A stretch of DNA of 57,096 bases from Anaerolineaceae bacterium (GCA_018060515.1 JAGOVY010000001.1:1-57096), one strand, 5' to 3'. Counted from the stretch's first letter, positions 46,556 through 55,061 are shown. Notes: generated by a model not told the origin, from the letters alone. Made by a program: numbers and translations.

Positions 46556-48019
46556 ATGGCTGATCTCGACCAGGATCTAATTTCTATTCAAGAAGCGCGC
46601 AACCTCGCCAGCCGGGCTTTTATCGCCTGGACGGAATGGTCGAAAGCCTCTCAGCAAGACGTCGATCGTGTCTGCGCAGCCATGGCTGCCGCCGCCTTTA
46701 ACGCCGCAGACCGCCTGGCGCAACTGGCACACGACGAAACAGGTTTTGGTCATGCGAGCCACAAACGCCTCAAAAACGAGTTTGCTGCACAGAATGTGTG
46801 GCAAAGTATTCGAGACGTCAAGACAGTCGGCGTCATCCAGCATGATGTTGAAAAGAAACTTTATCAGATTGCCTGGCCGATGGGTGTGGTCGCTGGGCTC
46901 ACCCCAAGCACCAACCCAACCTCAACGGTGATCTACAAAATTCTCATCGCCGTAAAAGCGCGTGATGCAATCGTCATTGCACCTCACCCTTCTGCCGCTC
47001 AATGCAGTTATGAAGCAGCCATGTTGATGGCAAAAGCCGCAGAAGAAAACGGCGCGCCGCAGGGTCTCGTCTCTTGTATGAGAAATGTCAGCCTTGCGGG
47101 CACGCAAGAACTGATGAATCACAAGTATGTTGCGCTCATCCTCGCCACCGGCGGCACCCCGATGGTGCGTGCGGCGCATTCCACCGGCAAACCTGCTATC
47201 GGCGTTGGCCCGGGGAACGTCCCGGCTTATGTGGATCGTTCGGCTGACCTCGAAAAAGCCGCCCGATACATCACCGCCAGCAAGGCGTTTGATTGCTCAA
47301 CCATCTGCGCCACTGAACAAGCGGTGGTAGCTGACAAACCAATTGCCCGGGCTTTACAGCAGTTAATGGAAAAAGAAGGCGCATTCTTCACTGATGAAAA
47401 TCAAACCAACCTGCTGCGCCAGCTGCTGTTTACTCAAGAAGGGGCGATGGTGTCTTCAACCGTGGGCAAACCCGCGCAATACCTGGCGGCCCTGGCAGGT
47501 TTTGACACTCCACCGGGAACCCGCGTTCTCGTCACCCGATTAAAGCGCGTCGGTAAAGAAGAAGCACTTTCGCGCGAAAAACTTACCACGGTACTTGGCT
47601 GGTATGAAGAAGAAGGCTGGGAAGCCGGCTGTGAACGCTGCATCGAGCTGATCCAGTTTGGCGGGCGCGGACATAGTTTGGTGATTCACGCCACCGATGA
47701 AAAGGTCATCATGGCATTCGGGCTTGAAAAACCCGTCTTTCGGATCGCTGTGAATACTATGTCTTCTCTGGGTGCCATAGGTTTGACCACCGGGGTATAC
47801 CCTTCGCTCACCCTTGGCGCAGGCGGCGTGGGTGGGTCAATCACAGGTGACAACGTCACTGTGCACCATTTATTCAATATCAAACGCCTCGCCTACGAAA
47901 CTACTTCTCCTCCACCCGCTGCACTCGCGCCGGCGAATTCAACAACTGGCGCTTCAACTCATGAAGTTGAACAGGCTGTGTGGAATGTTGTGCAGGAAAT
48001 ATTAAAATTACAAATCTAA
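46556..48019 (+). CDS. CoA-acylating aldehyde dehydrogenase (PduP/EutE class) with a C-terminal encapsulation-peptide-like helix
   Basis: [12 protein letters not shown]...PSTNPTST...ATGG...GPGNVPAY...ICATEQ (catalytic Cys context). The C-terminal tail is a [16 protein letters not shown] linker followed by [19 protein letters not shown]. Confidence 0.9.
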   Translation: MADLDQDLISIQEARNLASRAFIAWTEWSKASQQDVDRVCAAMAAAAFNAADRLAQLAHDETGFGHASHKRLKNEFAAQNVWQSIRDVKTVGVIQHDVEKKLYQIAWPMGVVAGLTPSTNPTSTVIYKILIAVKARDAIVIAPHPSAAQCSYEAAMLMAKAAEENGAPQGLVSCMRNVSLAGTQELMNHKYVALILATGGTPMVRAAHSTGKPAIGVGPGNVPAYVDRSADLEKAARYITASKAFDCSTICATEQAVVADKPIARALQQLMEKEGAFFTDENQTNLLRQLLFTQEGAMVSSTVGKPAQYLAALAGFDTPPGTRVLVTRLKRVGKEEALSREKLTTVLGWYEEEGWEAGCERCIELIQFGGRGHSLVIHATDEKVIMAFGLEKPVFRIAVNTMSSLGAIGLTTGVYPSLTLGAGGVGGSITGDNVTVHHLFNIKRLAYETTSPPPAALAPANSTTGASTHEVEQAVWNVVQEILKLQI

Positions 48020-48043
48020 TTAAGTACCAGAAAGGATGAAGAA

Positions 48044-48373
48044 ATGGCATTAGATACAGCATTAATCGCGTTGGGAATGGTTGAGACCAAAGGACTTGTC
48101 GGCGCAGTAGAAGCAGCTGACGCAATGGTCAAAGCAGCAAACGTTGTCCTCATCGGTTCAGAGTATGTGGGCGGCGGTTTCGTCACAGTGATGGTGCGTG
48201 GTGATGTCGGCGCCGTTAAGGCTGCCACTGATGCCGGCGCTGCTGCTGCCAAACGTGTGGGTGAATTGGTTTCCGTTCATGTCATTCCACGCCCCCACCA
48301 GGATGTTGAGATGATTCTGCCGCAAAGCTCCAAAGGCAGCATCGGTGGCCGTGGATCTGAAGCCAAGAAATAA
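48044..48373 (+). CDS. BMC-H hexameric shell protein (PduA/EutM/CcmK class, Pfam00936-type)
   Basis: [77 protein letters not shown]. Confidence 0.93.
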   Translation: MALDTALIALGMVETKGLVGAVEAADAMVKAANVVLIGSEYVGGGFVTVMVRGDVGAVKAATDAGAAAAKRVGELVSVHVIPRPHQDVEMILPQSSKGSIGGRGSEAKK

Positions 48374-48388
48374 ACACGGCTTTCACAC

Positions 48389-49255
48389 GTGACATCCGTA
48401 CGTCTGACAACTGCGGCAGCTGACCCGCTGACTTGGCTTGCCCGCGCCGAACAAGTATTCCATCTCAACCCAGATGGCCGGGCTGCCTCACTCCACGCGC
48501 CGCCTGAAGGCGCGCTGCGTGTGGGCGTAGATTTGGGCACCGCCTACACGGTAATCGTGGTATTAGACAGCGCCGGAACACCTTTGGCAGGTGAATATCA
48601 GTTTGCCCAGGTGGTGCGCGACGGTTTGGTCGTAGACTTTTTTGGCGCAGTGAACCTGCTTCAATCACTCAAACAGAAAGTTGAAGATCGCCTCGGCAGA
48701 AAGCTCAGCAGCGCGGTTAGCGCATACCCCCCGGGTGTGCCGCGGGCAGATGCCCGAGCCGCAGCCAGTGTGCTGGAAGCTTCTGGTTTGAGATGCAAAG
48801 CGCTGCTGCCAGAACCCGAAGCTGCGAACCATGTCTTGGGCATTCGGGATGGTGTCATTGTAGATATCGGCGGCGGCACTACTGGCATCGCCGTGCTTGA
48901 AAATGGCAAAGTGACTTATACGGCAGATGAAGCCACCGGCGGAACGCACTTCAGCCTGGTGATTGCCGGCGCCACTGGCCTAAGCCTGGAAGAAGCGGAA
49001 GTATTGAAACGCAACCCCGATCAGCAGAAACAGCTTTACCCTCTGGTGCGCCCTGTGATGGAAAAAATTGGCACAATCATTGAACATCACATCCGCGGCA
49101 GCCAGCCCTCAATGATCACATTGGTTGGCGGTACGGCTCTCTTCCCGGGTATTGCAGCCGTAATCGAAGAAGTAACCGGAATTCCAACACAGGTTCCAGC
49201 GCACCCTTTGTTTGTTACCCCACTGGGCATTGCACTCGCAGATACAGGCGAGTGA
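48389..49255 (+). CDS. eutJ: EutJ-like actin/Hsp70-fold protein
   Basis: GVDLGTAYTVIVVLD...VVDIGGGTTGIAVLENG...EATGGTHFS...VGGTALFPGI. The GTG start at 48389 has no clear SD. Confidence 0.8.
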   Translation: MTSVRLTTAAADPLTWLARAEQVFHLNPDGRAASLHAPPEGALRVGVDLGTAYTVIVVLDSAGTPLAGEYQFAQVVRDGLVVDFFGAVNLLQSLKQKVEDRLGRKLSSAVSAYPPGVPRADARAAASVLEASGLRCKALLPEPEAANHVLGIRDGVIVDIGGGTTGIAVLENGKVTYTADEATGGTHFSLVIAGATGLSLEEAEVLKRNPDQQKQLYPLVRPVMEKIGTIIEHHIRGSQPSMITLVGGTALFPGIAAVIEEVTGIPTQVPAHPLFVTPLGIALADTGE

Positions 49256-49268
49256 TTCAGGAGGCAGG

Positions 49269-49895
49269 ATGATTGAAGATTTTTCATTACGTTGTTACTG
49301 TTTTATTGATCGTATGCAGGCACAATATGCCGCCTTTGTCGGCACTATCACACAAGGCGACCTGCCCGTGGAAGGGATGGCGGCTCTTTATGTTGAGATG
49401 GCGCCTGGAAACGAAGTTTTCAGGGTAGTGGATATTGCCGTCAAAGCCACAGAGTCCAAGCCTGGCGCCCAAATCGTAGAACGCGAATTCGGCATGTTTG
49501 AAGTGCATTCGCTCAACCAGGCTGCGGTCATCGAAGCCGGCCAGGTAGTACTCGACAGACTGGGATTAAAGAAAGAAGACCGTATCAAGCCTGAGGTGGT
49601 TTCTACCCAGGTGATTACGCGCATCGATCCCTACCAATCACAGCTCATCAACCGCTTCAGGCGCGGCAGCATGCTTGTGCCAGGCGAGACCATGCTCGTG
49701 CTGGAATGTGCTCCAGCTGCCTACATTAATTATGCGGTTAATGAAGCTGAGAAAAACGCGAATATCAAAATTATCCATGTGTCCTCCGTTGGCCGTTATG
49801 GCAGGATGTGGCTCTCAGGCACTGAATCTGAGATTATCAATGCTAAAAATGCCGCCACAAGCGCTTTGGAAAGCCTGGAAGGAATTAGAGGATAG
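49269..49895 (+). CDS. tandem-domain BMC-T shell protein of the CsoS1D/CcmP (double-stacking, permuted) type
   Basis: Start at ATG 49269 after AGGAGG. LRCYCFIDRMQAQYAAFVGTITQGDLPVEGMAALYVEMAPGNEVFRVVDIAVKATESKPGAQIVEREFGMFEVHS and ...LVLECAPAAYINYAVNEAEKNANIKIIHVSSVGRYGRMWLSG parallel the two domains of CsoS1D as I recall them. Confidence 0.78.
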   Translation: MIEDFSLRCYCFIDRMQAQYAAFVGTITQGDLPVEGMAALYVEMAPGNEVFRVVDIAVKATESKPGAQIVEREFGMFEVHSLNQAAVIEAGQVVLDRLGLKKEDRIKPEVVSTQVITRIDPYQSQLINRFRRGSMLVPGETMLVLECAPAAYINYAVNEAEKNANIKIIHVSSVGRYGRMWLSGTESEIINAKNAATSALESLEGIRG

Positions 49896-49926
49896 CACAA
49901 GGTCAACCCTGCTACAGGAGCAATTT

Positions 49927-50280
49927 ATGGCGAAACAATTTTTCACTGAACGTGATATCGAAGAACTTGCTGCCCGCGGAGAGAAGACGCTGCAGGTTAC
50001 TGAAGAGGTGGTATTAACCGAATTGGCCTATGAAAAAGCTGAAAAGCTGGGTGTCCGTCTGCTGCAAGCCCATCAACTGCCGCCGGCTGCACCCGTAAGG
50101 CCGTATCTGTCGCAGCCTCCGTGCGCTTGTACATCACCTGGCGCGCCTCAATCAGGTGATCCCGCAGACCTGCGCCAACGCATCCGTGATGCTGTCACAT
50201 TAAAACTGGGAGCCCAGGTTGACCCCCTACTGCTTGACACAATAATCACGCGGGTTCTCAACAACGTGGGAATGAAGTAA
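49927..50280 (+). CDS. 117-aa BMC-locus protein of unknown function; N-terminal FTERDIxxL...LTxxAxxKAxxLGVRL module, Pro-rich linker, C-terminal amphipathic helix
   Basis: Start at ATG 49927 after AGGAG; the longer ORF-track version (49675) overlaps the BMC-T gene out of frame. Sequence: MAKQFFTERDIEELAARGEKTLQVTEEVVLTELAYEKAEKLGVRLLQAHQLPPAAPVRPYLSQPP...DPLLLDTIITRVLNNVGMK. Confidence 0.65.
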   Translation: MAKQFFTERDIEELAARGEKTLQVTEEVVLTELAYEKAEKLGVRLLQAHQLPPAAPVRPYLSQPPCACTSPGAPQSGDPADLRQRIRDAVTLKLGAQVDPLLLDTIITRVLNNVGMK

Positions 50281-50282
50281 AC

Positions 50283-50603
50283 ATGCTTTTTGGTCGTGTC
50301 CACGGTACAGCGGTTTGTACTGTCAAGGCTGCCGGCCTTGAGGGGATAAAACTGCTCATCGTTCAACCACTTAACCGCAATCTCGAACCTACCGGCAGCT
50401 TGCAGGTGGCAGCAGATGTGGTACAAGCTGGTGCTGGTGATTTATGCGTGATGGTGCGAGCCCGCGAAGCAGCCCTGGCTATGCCTGAGGTTAAGTTTGT
50501 TCCGGTCGATTTGGCACTGATCGGAATAGTCGATGAGTTAGCCGTGATGCCTGATGGAAAATCAGATTTAGTCATGAAAAAAGGCACTACGGGTTACTCA
50601 TAG
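50283..50603 (+). CDS. BMC-P vertex protein, paralog 2 (with a ~20-aa C-terminal extension)
   Basis: MLFGRVHGTAVCTVKAAGLEGIKLLIVQP...AADVVQAGAGDLCVMV...LALIGIVDEL. Confidence 0.85.
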   Translation: MLFGRVHGTAVCTVKAAGLEGIKLLIVQPLNRNLEPTGSLQVAADVVQAGAGDLCVMVRAREAALAMPEVKFVPVDLALIGIVDELAVMPDGKSDLVMKKGTTGYS

Positions 50604-50610
50604 GGTTAAC

Positions 50611-50880
50611 ATGATTCTGGCAAAAGTTGTTGGCACTGTCGTAACTACCATCAGCCACGCGCATTACAAACAGCGCCGTTTGCTCGTAGTTCAGCCGCTC
50701 GTCACGGAGGGCGAAACGCCCGATGAAGATTTCATTGCCATCGATAGCACCCATGCTGGCATTGGAGATACGGTGCTTATCAACCGCGAAGGCAACGGTG
50801 CGCGTCAGGTGCTGAACAACCCTGACGCCTGTATCATCTCGGTGATTGTCGGCATCGTTGATTCTGTAACGTTGCCCTGA
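50611..50880 (+). CDS. BMC-P vertex protein, paralog 3
   Basis: MILAKVVGTVVTTISHAHYKQRRLLVVQPL...AIDSTHAGIGDTVLINREGNGARQ...VIVGIVDSV. Confidence 0.88.
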   Translation: MILAKVVGTVVTTISHAHYKQRRLLVVQPLVTEGETPDEDFIAIDSTHAGIGDTVLINREGNGARQVLNNPDACIISVIVGIVDSVTLP

Positions 50881-51075
50881 TTTTCGCACCACCCCGGAAT
50901 AAGATACAAGTTAGTGGTGTTTAATAACCCGCTCTTGCGATTGGGGGTTTATGAGTAAGTTCGTTCGTTTCTTCCAAGCTACTACCTTCTGAAAAACCAT
51001 GCGCAGGGTTGTGAAACTCTAACCGCAGCCAGTCTGAGAATCCAATCAAATCATCATCCTTATCGGTAAATGAAT

Positions 51076-51102
51076 AAAAAAAGGATCCCTTGAAGGGATC
51101 CC
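51076..51102 (-). terminator. rho-independent terminator of the minus-strand cytochrome-c cluster
   Basis: On the minus strand: GGATCCC-TTCAA-GGGATCC followed by TTTTTTTT. Confidence 0.68.
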
Positions 51103-51125
51103 GATGAATATTGAACCGGTTCCTT

Positions 51126-51515
51126 TTACTTAAAATTTTCCACCAAATATTGAACCAACAGCTCTTTTTCTTCATCGCTGAGTACTGCGCCGCGACCGAT
51201 CATTTCGGCTACAATGGCTTCCCATTCAGCGGCAGTAGCCGTCTTGGATGTGACCTTCGAGGTTGAATGACAGACAGAGCATCTTGAATCCAACAATTCT
51301 GCGCCATCAATTGCAGGCGGCGTATTGGCGGGAGGTTGAAGAGTTGTTGAATCTTTCGTTGATAAATCTGCCGTGCCTGTTGCGAGAATGGGGAAATCGG
51401 ATGAGGAGAGAGTCGGTTGCTGCCCATTCTGGGTGGGTAGGGGAACTTCAGCTCTGGTACACGCACTCAAGACGAAAAGGAATAAGATCGCCAGAAGGAG
51501 TAAATTTCTATTCAC
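51126..51515 (-). CDS. small lipoprotein with a single c-type haem-binding motif
   Basis: Lipobox LSAC and a Thr/Pro-rich linker. CSVCH (CxxCH) is followed by TAAEWEAIVAEMIGRGAVLSDEEKELLVQYL. This resembles the haem domain of quinohaemoprotein amine dehydrogenase-type mono-haem modules. Confidence 0.68.
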   Translation of the reverse strand: MNRNLLLLAILFLFVLSACTRAEVPLPTQNGQQPTLSSSDFPILATGTADLSTKDSTTLQPPANTPPAIDGAELLDSRCSVCHSTSKVTSKTATAAEWEAIVAEMIGRGAVLSDEEKELLVQYLVENFK

Positions 51516-51517
51516 TC

Positions 51518-51922
51518 TTATTCCTCAACCTCTTCGATCGGTTTCCGGATGGTTAAGCTAAATGCCATCAAGATTACTCCTGCAGATACCGGAATGTACC
51601 AGAAGGGAGCGTAAGTGGAAATAAAGGTTTCATCCTGAATCAGCGGCCATTTTAACACATTGAAATTGTTGTAAGCGATAATTCCCGCAAGCATAAGCAG
51701 CATAGAAAAAATGACCAACGCCCAGCTTCGAACGATCAACCAAGAGCTGCCTTTTGGCTGTTGAGGCAGCGGTGACCCTTTTGATCTGCCTTTGACCTTT
51801 CGGCGCTTGAGTGCCAAGTCGCGTTCATAACGTTTTTTCTTTCCGCGCAGCATGGCAATACGCACATAAAAAATCACAATGGCAACCACCACCACAATTA
51901 ATTCGGTTGAGACTCGATTCAT
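51518..51922 (-). CDS. hypothetical membrane protein (134 aa, 3 TM)
   Basis: Intact ORF. It overlaps its upstream neighbour by 4 nt and ends 2 nt before the downstream gene. A basic loop (RGKKKRYERDLALKRRKVKGRSK) lies between the helices. Confidence 0.6.
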   Translation of the reverse strand: MNRVSTELIVVVVAIVIFYVRIAMLRGKKKRYERDLALKRRKVKGRSKGSPLPQQPKGSSWLIVRSWALVIFSMLLMLAGIIAYNNFNVLKWPLIQDETFISTYAPFWYIPVSAGVILMAFSLTIRKPIEEVEE

Positions 51923-52410
51923 TTCTTTTTCTCCAATCGATTCTTGATAATCCGGATAAAATCTTGTTTAGTTGGTTTCAAACCAACCCCGCGCTCGTGG
52001 TAGTTCCCTCTCGGGGTAACCTCACCGAAACTGGTTCGGTTTGGTTGATCTACATCGTCCTTGCGAAGCAATACGAACATGGTTGAATTATAGAACCTGA
52101 CTATGGAAAAGCGGCGTTCAGGTTTGGGGATTAGCCCGACAAAAAAAGCGTCTCCATCCTCTTTTGGTGATGGTAAAGTAATGAGCACCAATTGGGTCTT
52201 TTCATCAATCGTATGTTTTTCATAATTTAGCCCCGGAGAAGAAACTCGCTTCTCTTCAGGCATCTTGTCGCCTGTGTGGTCCCAATAGAACTTGAGGAAT
52301 TTGACGCCGTCAGTGTCAATATATTTCATAAAACCATCAGTCTGGGAGTGGAAGAGCGCGGGTAGTGCTTCAAAAACAAAATTCCATTGGTGGCTTTTCT
52401 TATTGTCCAT
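51919..52410 (-). CDS. hypothetical soluble protein (163 aa)
   Basis: ORF-track version 51919..52554 overlaps the NmrA gene by 155 nt. I trimmed the start to ATG 52410, which is preceded by AGGAAA. No recognisable motif. Confidence 0.55.
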   Translation of the reverse strand: MDNKKSHQWNFVFEALPALFHSQTDGFMKYIDTDGVKFLKFYWDHTGDKMPEEKRVSSPGLNYEKHTIDEKTQLVLITLPSPKEDGDAFFVGLIPKPERRFSIVRFYNSTMFVLLRKDDVDQPNRTSFGEVTPRGNYHERGVGLKPTKQDFIRIIKNRLEKKK

Positions 52411-53314
52411 TTGAAGTTTCCTTGATACCGATATGGTTTCCGTTAGCCCTGATGCGTTGATCTGCGGTATAGATACGGCGTAAAAATTCAGAGAATTTCG
52501 TTGCAGGTCGTTTGAGCAAATAGTTGAGAATATTCGCGTTCCCTGAAAATCCAAAGTTTTCGTAATATTCGAACATCAATCTAAGGGTTCGAATGGAATT
52601 TTCATTCAAACCCGACCGATGGGCGTTGTCTGCCCAGACAGCCCGATTCAATTCCTCAGCGCGCACAGGTTTATTGAGCACTGTCGACATTGCCTCCGCC
52701 ACTTCAACCTGGCTGAGTGCCTCAGGGCCGGCGAGCTCATATATCGCGTTGGAATGGTTTAATTGCGTCAATACAGTTTCCGCGGCAGCAGCCACATCTT
52801 CAAGGTCAACCATGCTGATGCGCGCCGACGTAGCATAAGGAACGGTATACACACTTTCCTCATAGATGGATTTCCAGTTAGGTAAAATATTCTGCATATA
52901 TGCGCAAGGCTGCAAAATTGTGAAGTCAATTCCTGACTCGAAGATCTTTTCTTCTACACGCATTTTTTGCCAATGATGCGGCATGCTTTCAACATGAGGA
53001 TGCATGACCGAATGATAGACAAATCGGTCAACACCAGCTTTCTGGGCAAGATTGATTAATGAATCCCCAATTTCAAACTCATCTGGCGCCATATTTGGGC
53101 TGATGAAATAAATTTTCCTGATACCTTCAACTGCCCTTTCTAACGTCGCCTGGTCGCGCAAATCACCAATGATTATTTCCAGGTTGCCAATTTTCTTAAT
53201 CGCATTCTTCTGAGCCTCAGTACGCACCAGGCTGCGAACGCGAACGCCATGTGTTACTAGCCGACTCAAAATCGCTCTGCCGGTTTTTCCAGCTGCTCCT
53301 GTTATTAAAATCAC
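52400..53314 (-). CDS. NmrA-like / atypical SDR NAD(P)-binding protein
   Basis: MILITGAAGKTGRAILSRLV (GxxGxxG) and the NmrA-type layout; 304 aa. Confidence 0.85.
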   Translation of the reverse strand: MILITGAAGKTGRAILSRLVTHGVRVRSLVRTEAQKNAIKKIGNLEIIIGDLRDQATLERAVEGIRKIYFISPNMAPDEFEIGDSLINLAQKAGVDRFVYHSVMHPHVESMPHHWQKMRVEEKIFESGIDFTILQPCAYMQNILPNWKSIYEESVYTVPYATSARISMVDLEDVAAAAETVLTQLNHSNAIYELAGPEALSQVEVAEAMSTVLNKPVRAEELNRAVWADNAHRSGLNENSIRTLRLMFEYYENFGFSGNANILNYLLKRPATKFSEFLRRIYTADQRIRANGNHIGIKETSNGQ

Positions 53315-53431
53315 GCAAATTCTCTTTTCTTGAACAGTAAGTTAATGCAATGATTATAATCGATGCTGATAAAAAACTCCCCGATGATATATCACCGGGG
53401 AGAGTTGTTTTACTTCAACTTAATCTTGGAA

Positions 53432-54850
53432 TTACTCCAAAACGTCAACCGAGCGAACCTGGGGTGGTTTCCATGCCAGGAAGAGCAGGTTGAGAAGAAT
53501 GCCAAAGACAGCAGCGGAAGCGATCGCGGGCCAGCCGAAGGGGAATACTCCCTTGAGCAGCGGGATGGGCAGATTGCCGCCGTATCCGATATTGCCGCCG
53601 ATACCAACGACCAAGATGAGCGCTACGATTGCCAGCTTGCCGGGATCGTAAAGATCAACTTTCTCTGCCATCATCAGAGCAATGCCCTGAACACCGATGA
53701 CACCGTACAGGTAGATGGCAAGACCACCGGTGACCGCTGTTGGGATGCTATAGATTGCATCGCGTAGTGGGCCGATAAAGCCAAGAACCACTGCAATTAA
53801 ACCTGCAGTAATGAGCGCCGGGCCGGAGTAGTTGCGGGTGATCACCATCAAAGAGTTGTTCTCACCGTAGTTCGTGCCAGCGGTGGAGCCGAAGAGACCG
53901 TTCACCAAGTCATTCAAACCATCGAGCATCAGGTTGAGGCCGATATGTTTTGAAAGGCCGGGTTTCTCGCGTCCCTGTTCTTCAGCCAAGTGGTCAACAT
54001 ACAAGCTGATCTGATACAGGTGGGCGGTGGATTCGGGGATCGTCGCGATAGCCATAACACCAACACCGACCATCGCCGTAAACGTGAGTGCGTGATTGAA
54101 TACCGGGAAGACAATGCTCGGCATGGTCAGCACACCGCTTGAACCGATTGAGGAGAAATCCACCAAACCGATGGGAATGGCAGCAACATAACCGAGGATC
54201 ATGGCCAGCAAAATTGGGAGCATGCCAATGAAACCTTTACCCTGCAGGTAAACTGAGAAAATAACAGCCCCAAGGAAGGTAATGAGTGCTGCGAGCCACC
54301 ACTTCAAGGTTGGGGCTGCATTCGCTTCTACACCGCAGCAGGTACCGGAAGCCATGGTAAGGGCTGTGTATGCCAGGCCAATACCGATGACAATAGCGAC
54401 AGAACCGGTAATTTCAGCGGGCAAAACTTTATCAAGACCTTTCTTACCACCTGTTGCACGAATCAGTAAACCAACCAGAATGTTGATTACGCCAGTGAGA
54501 ATGAAACCAGCGGTCACAACTGAGATGGTAGATGGTAATGCAGGTGCGCCAAAGGCAAGGTCAGGTTCCAAAACACCAACAATCGATGATGCAGCAGCGA
54601 TGTAGGCAAAACTGGAACCGTAGTACAGAGGAATATAGGTATTAATCGCAAATTTAGATCCAATTAATGCCACGACTGTTCCAAGGCCAGTGATGGTCAA
54701 GACTGTCGAAACATCAAAGTGCATGAGCAGGGCGCACAACACGGTTGCCGGGAACATGGTAAGCACGTGCTGAAAACCGAGCAATAACATCTTGCCAAAT
54801 GGGGGTTTATCGTGTGGTAGATAACCCATCACTTTTGAAGTAGTTGCCAT
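53432..54850 (-). CDS. NCS2-family nucleobase:cation symporter (uracil/xanthine permease type)
   Basis: GKMLLLGFQHVLTMFPATV..., ...IPESTAHL..., ...GTNYGENNSLMVITR.... These are canonical NCS2 motifs. 472 aa. Confidence 0.9.
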   Translation of the reverse strand: MATTSKVMGYLPHDKPPFGKMLLLGFQHVLTMFPATVLCALLMHFDVSTVLTITGLGTVVALIGSKFAINTYIPLYYGSSFAYIAAASSIVGVLEPDLAFGAPALPSTISVVTAGFILTGVINILVGLLIRATGGKKGLDKVLPAEITGSVAIVIGIGLAYTALTMASGTCCGVEANAAPTLKWWLAALITFLGAVIFSVYLQGKGFIGMLPILLAMILGYVAAIPIGLVDFSSIGSSGVLTMPSIVFPVFNHALTFTAMVGVGVMAIATIPESTAHLYQISLYVDHLAEEQGREKPGLSKHIGLNLMLDGLNDLVNGLFGSTAGTNYGENNSLMVITRNYSGPALITAGLIAVVLGFIGPLRDAIYSIPTAVTGGLAIYLYGVIGVQGIALMMAEKVDLYDPGKLAIVALILVVGIGGNIGYGGNLPIPLLKGVFPFGWPAIASAAVFGILLNLLFLAWKPPQVRSVDVLE

Positions 54851-55061
54851 TGGTTTTTTCCTTCTTTCCTTTGATTTATAGGTTTTCTTTGATCTGAATC
54901 TACTTACCTGGATTGAGCGACGACAAATGATAATGATTTTCTGTTCTCTAACGCTCGCACCTGAAACGCAAAATGAAATCGCCTAGACACCTCCTTATTT
55001 AAATAAATCACCATCTTGAATGTAAACTGATATGTATATGATACAACATATTGTCAAGATG

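Noticed and set aside
49212-49268. Upstream start of the BMC-T ORF at 49212
   Set aside because: It overlaps the end of eutJ. ATG 49269 is preceded by AGGAGG and begins where the homology to CsoS1D-type domains begins.
49675-49926. Long version of ORF 49675..50280 (201 aa)
   Set aside because: Its first 74 codons overlap the BMC-T gene in another frame. The internal ATG at 49927 has an AGGAG RBS and starts right after the BMC-T stop.
50921-51175. 84-aa minus-strand ORF in the gap after the BMC operon
   Set aside because: It spans the terminator hairpin of the cytochrome-c cluster and overlaps that gene's 3' end. It has no RBS and a low-complexity, Trp/Phe/Lys-rich composition.
51919-52554. 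211-aa version of the ORF overlapping the NmrA-like gene by 155 nt
   Set aside because: The overlap is implausibly long. The internal ATG at 52410 has an RBS and reduces the overlap to 11 nt.
54851-55060. Purine, ZTP or PyrR-type riboswitch or attenuator upstream of the NCS2 permease
   Set aside because: I could not find the conserved cores of these elements as I remember them by eye. It is reported only as an unexplained long leader.
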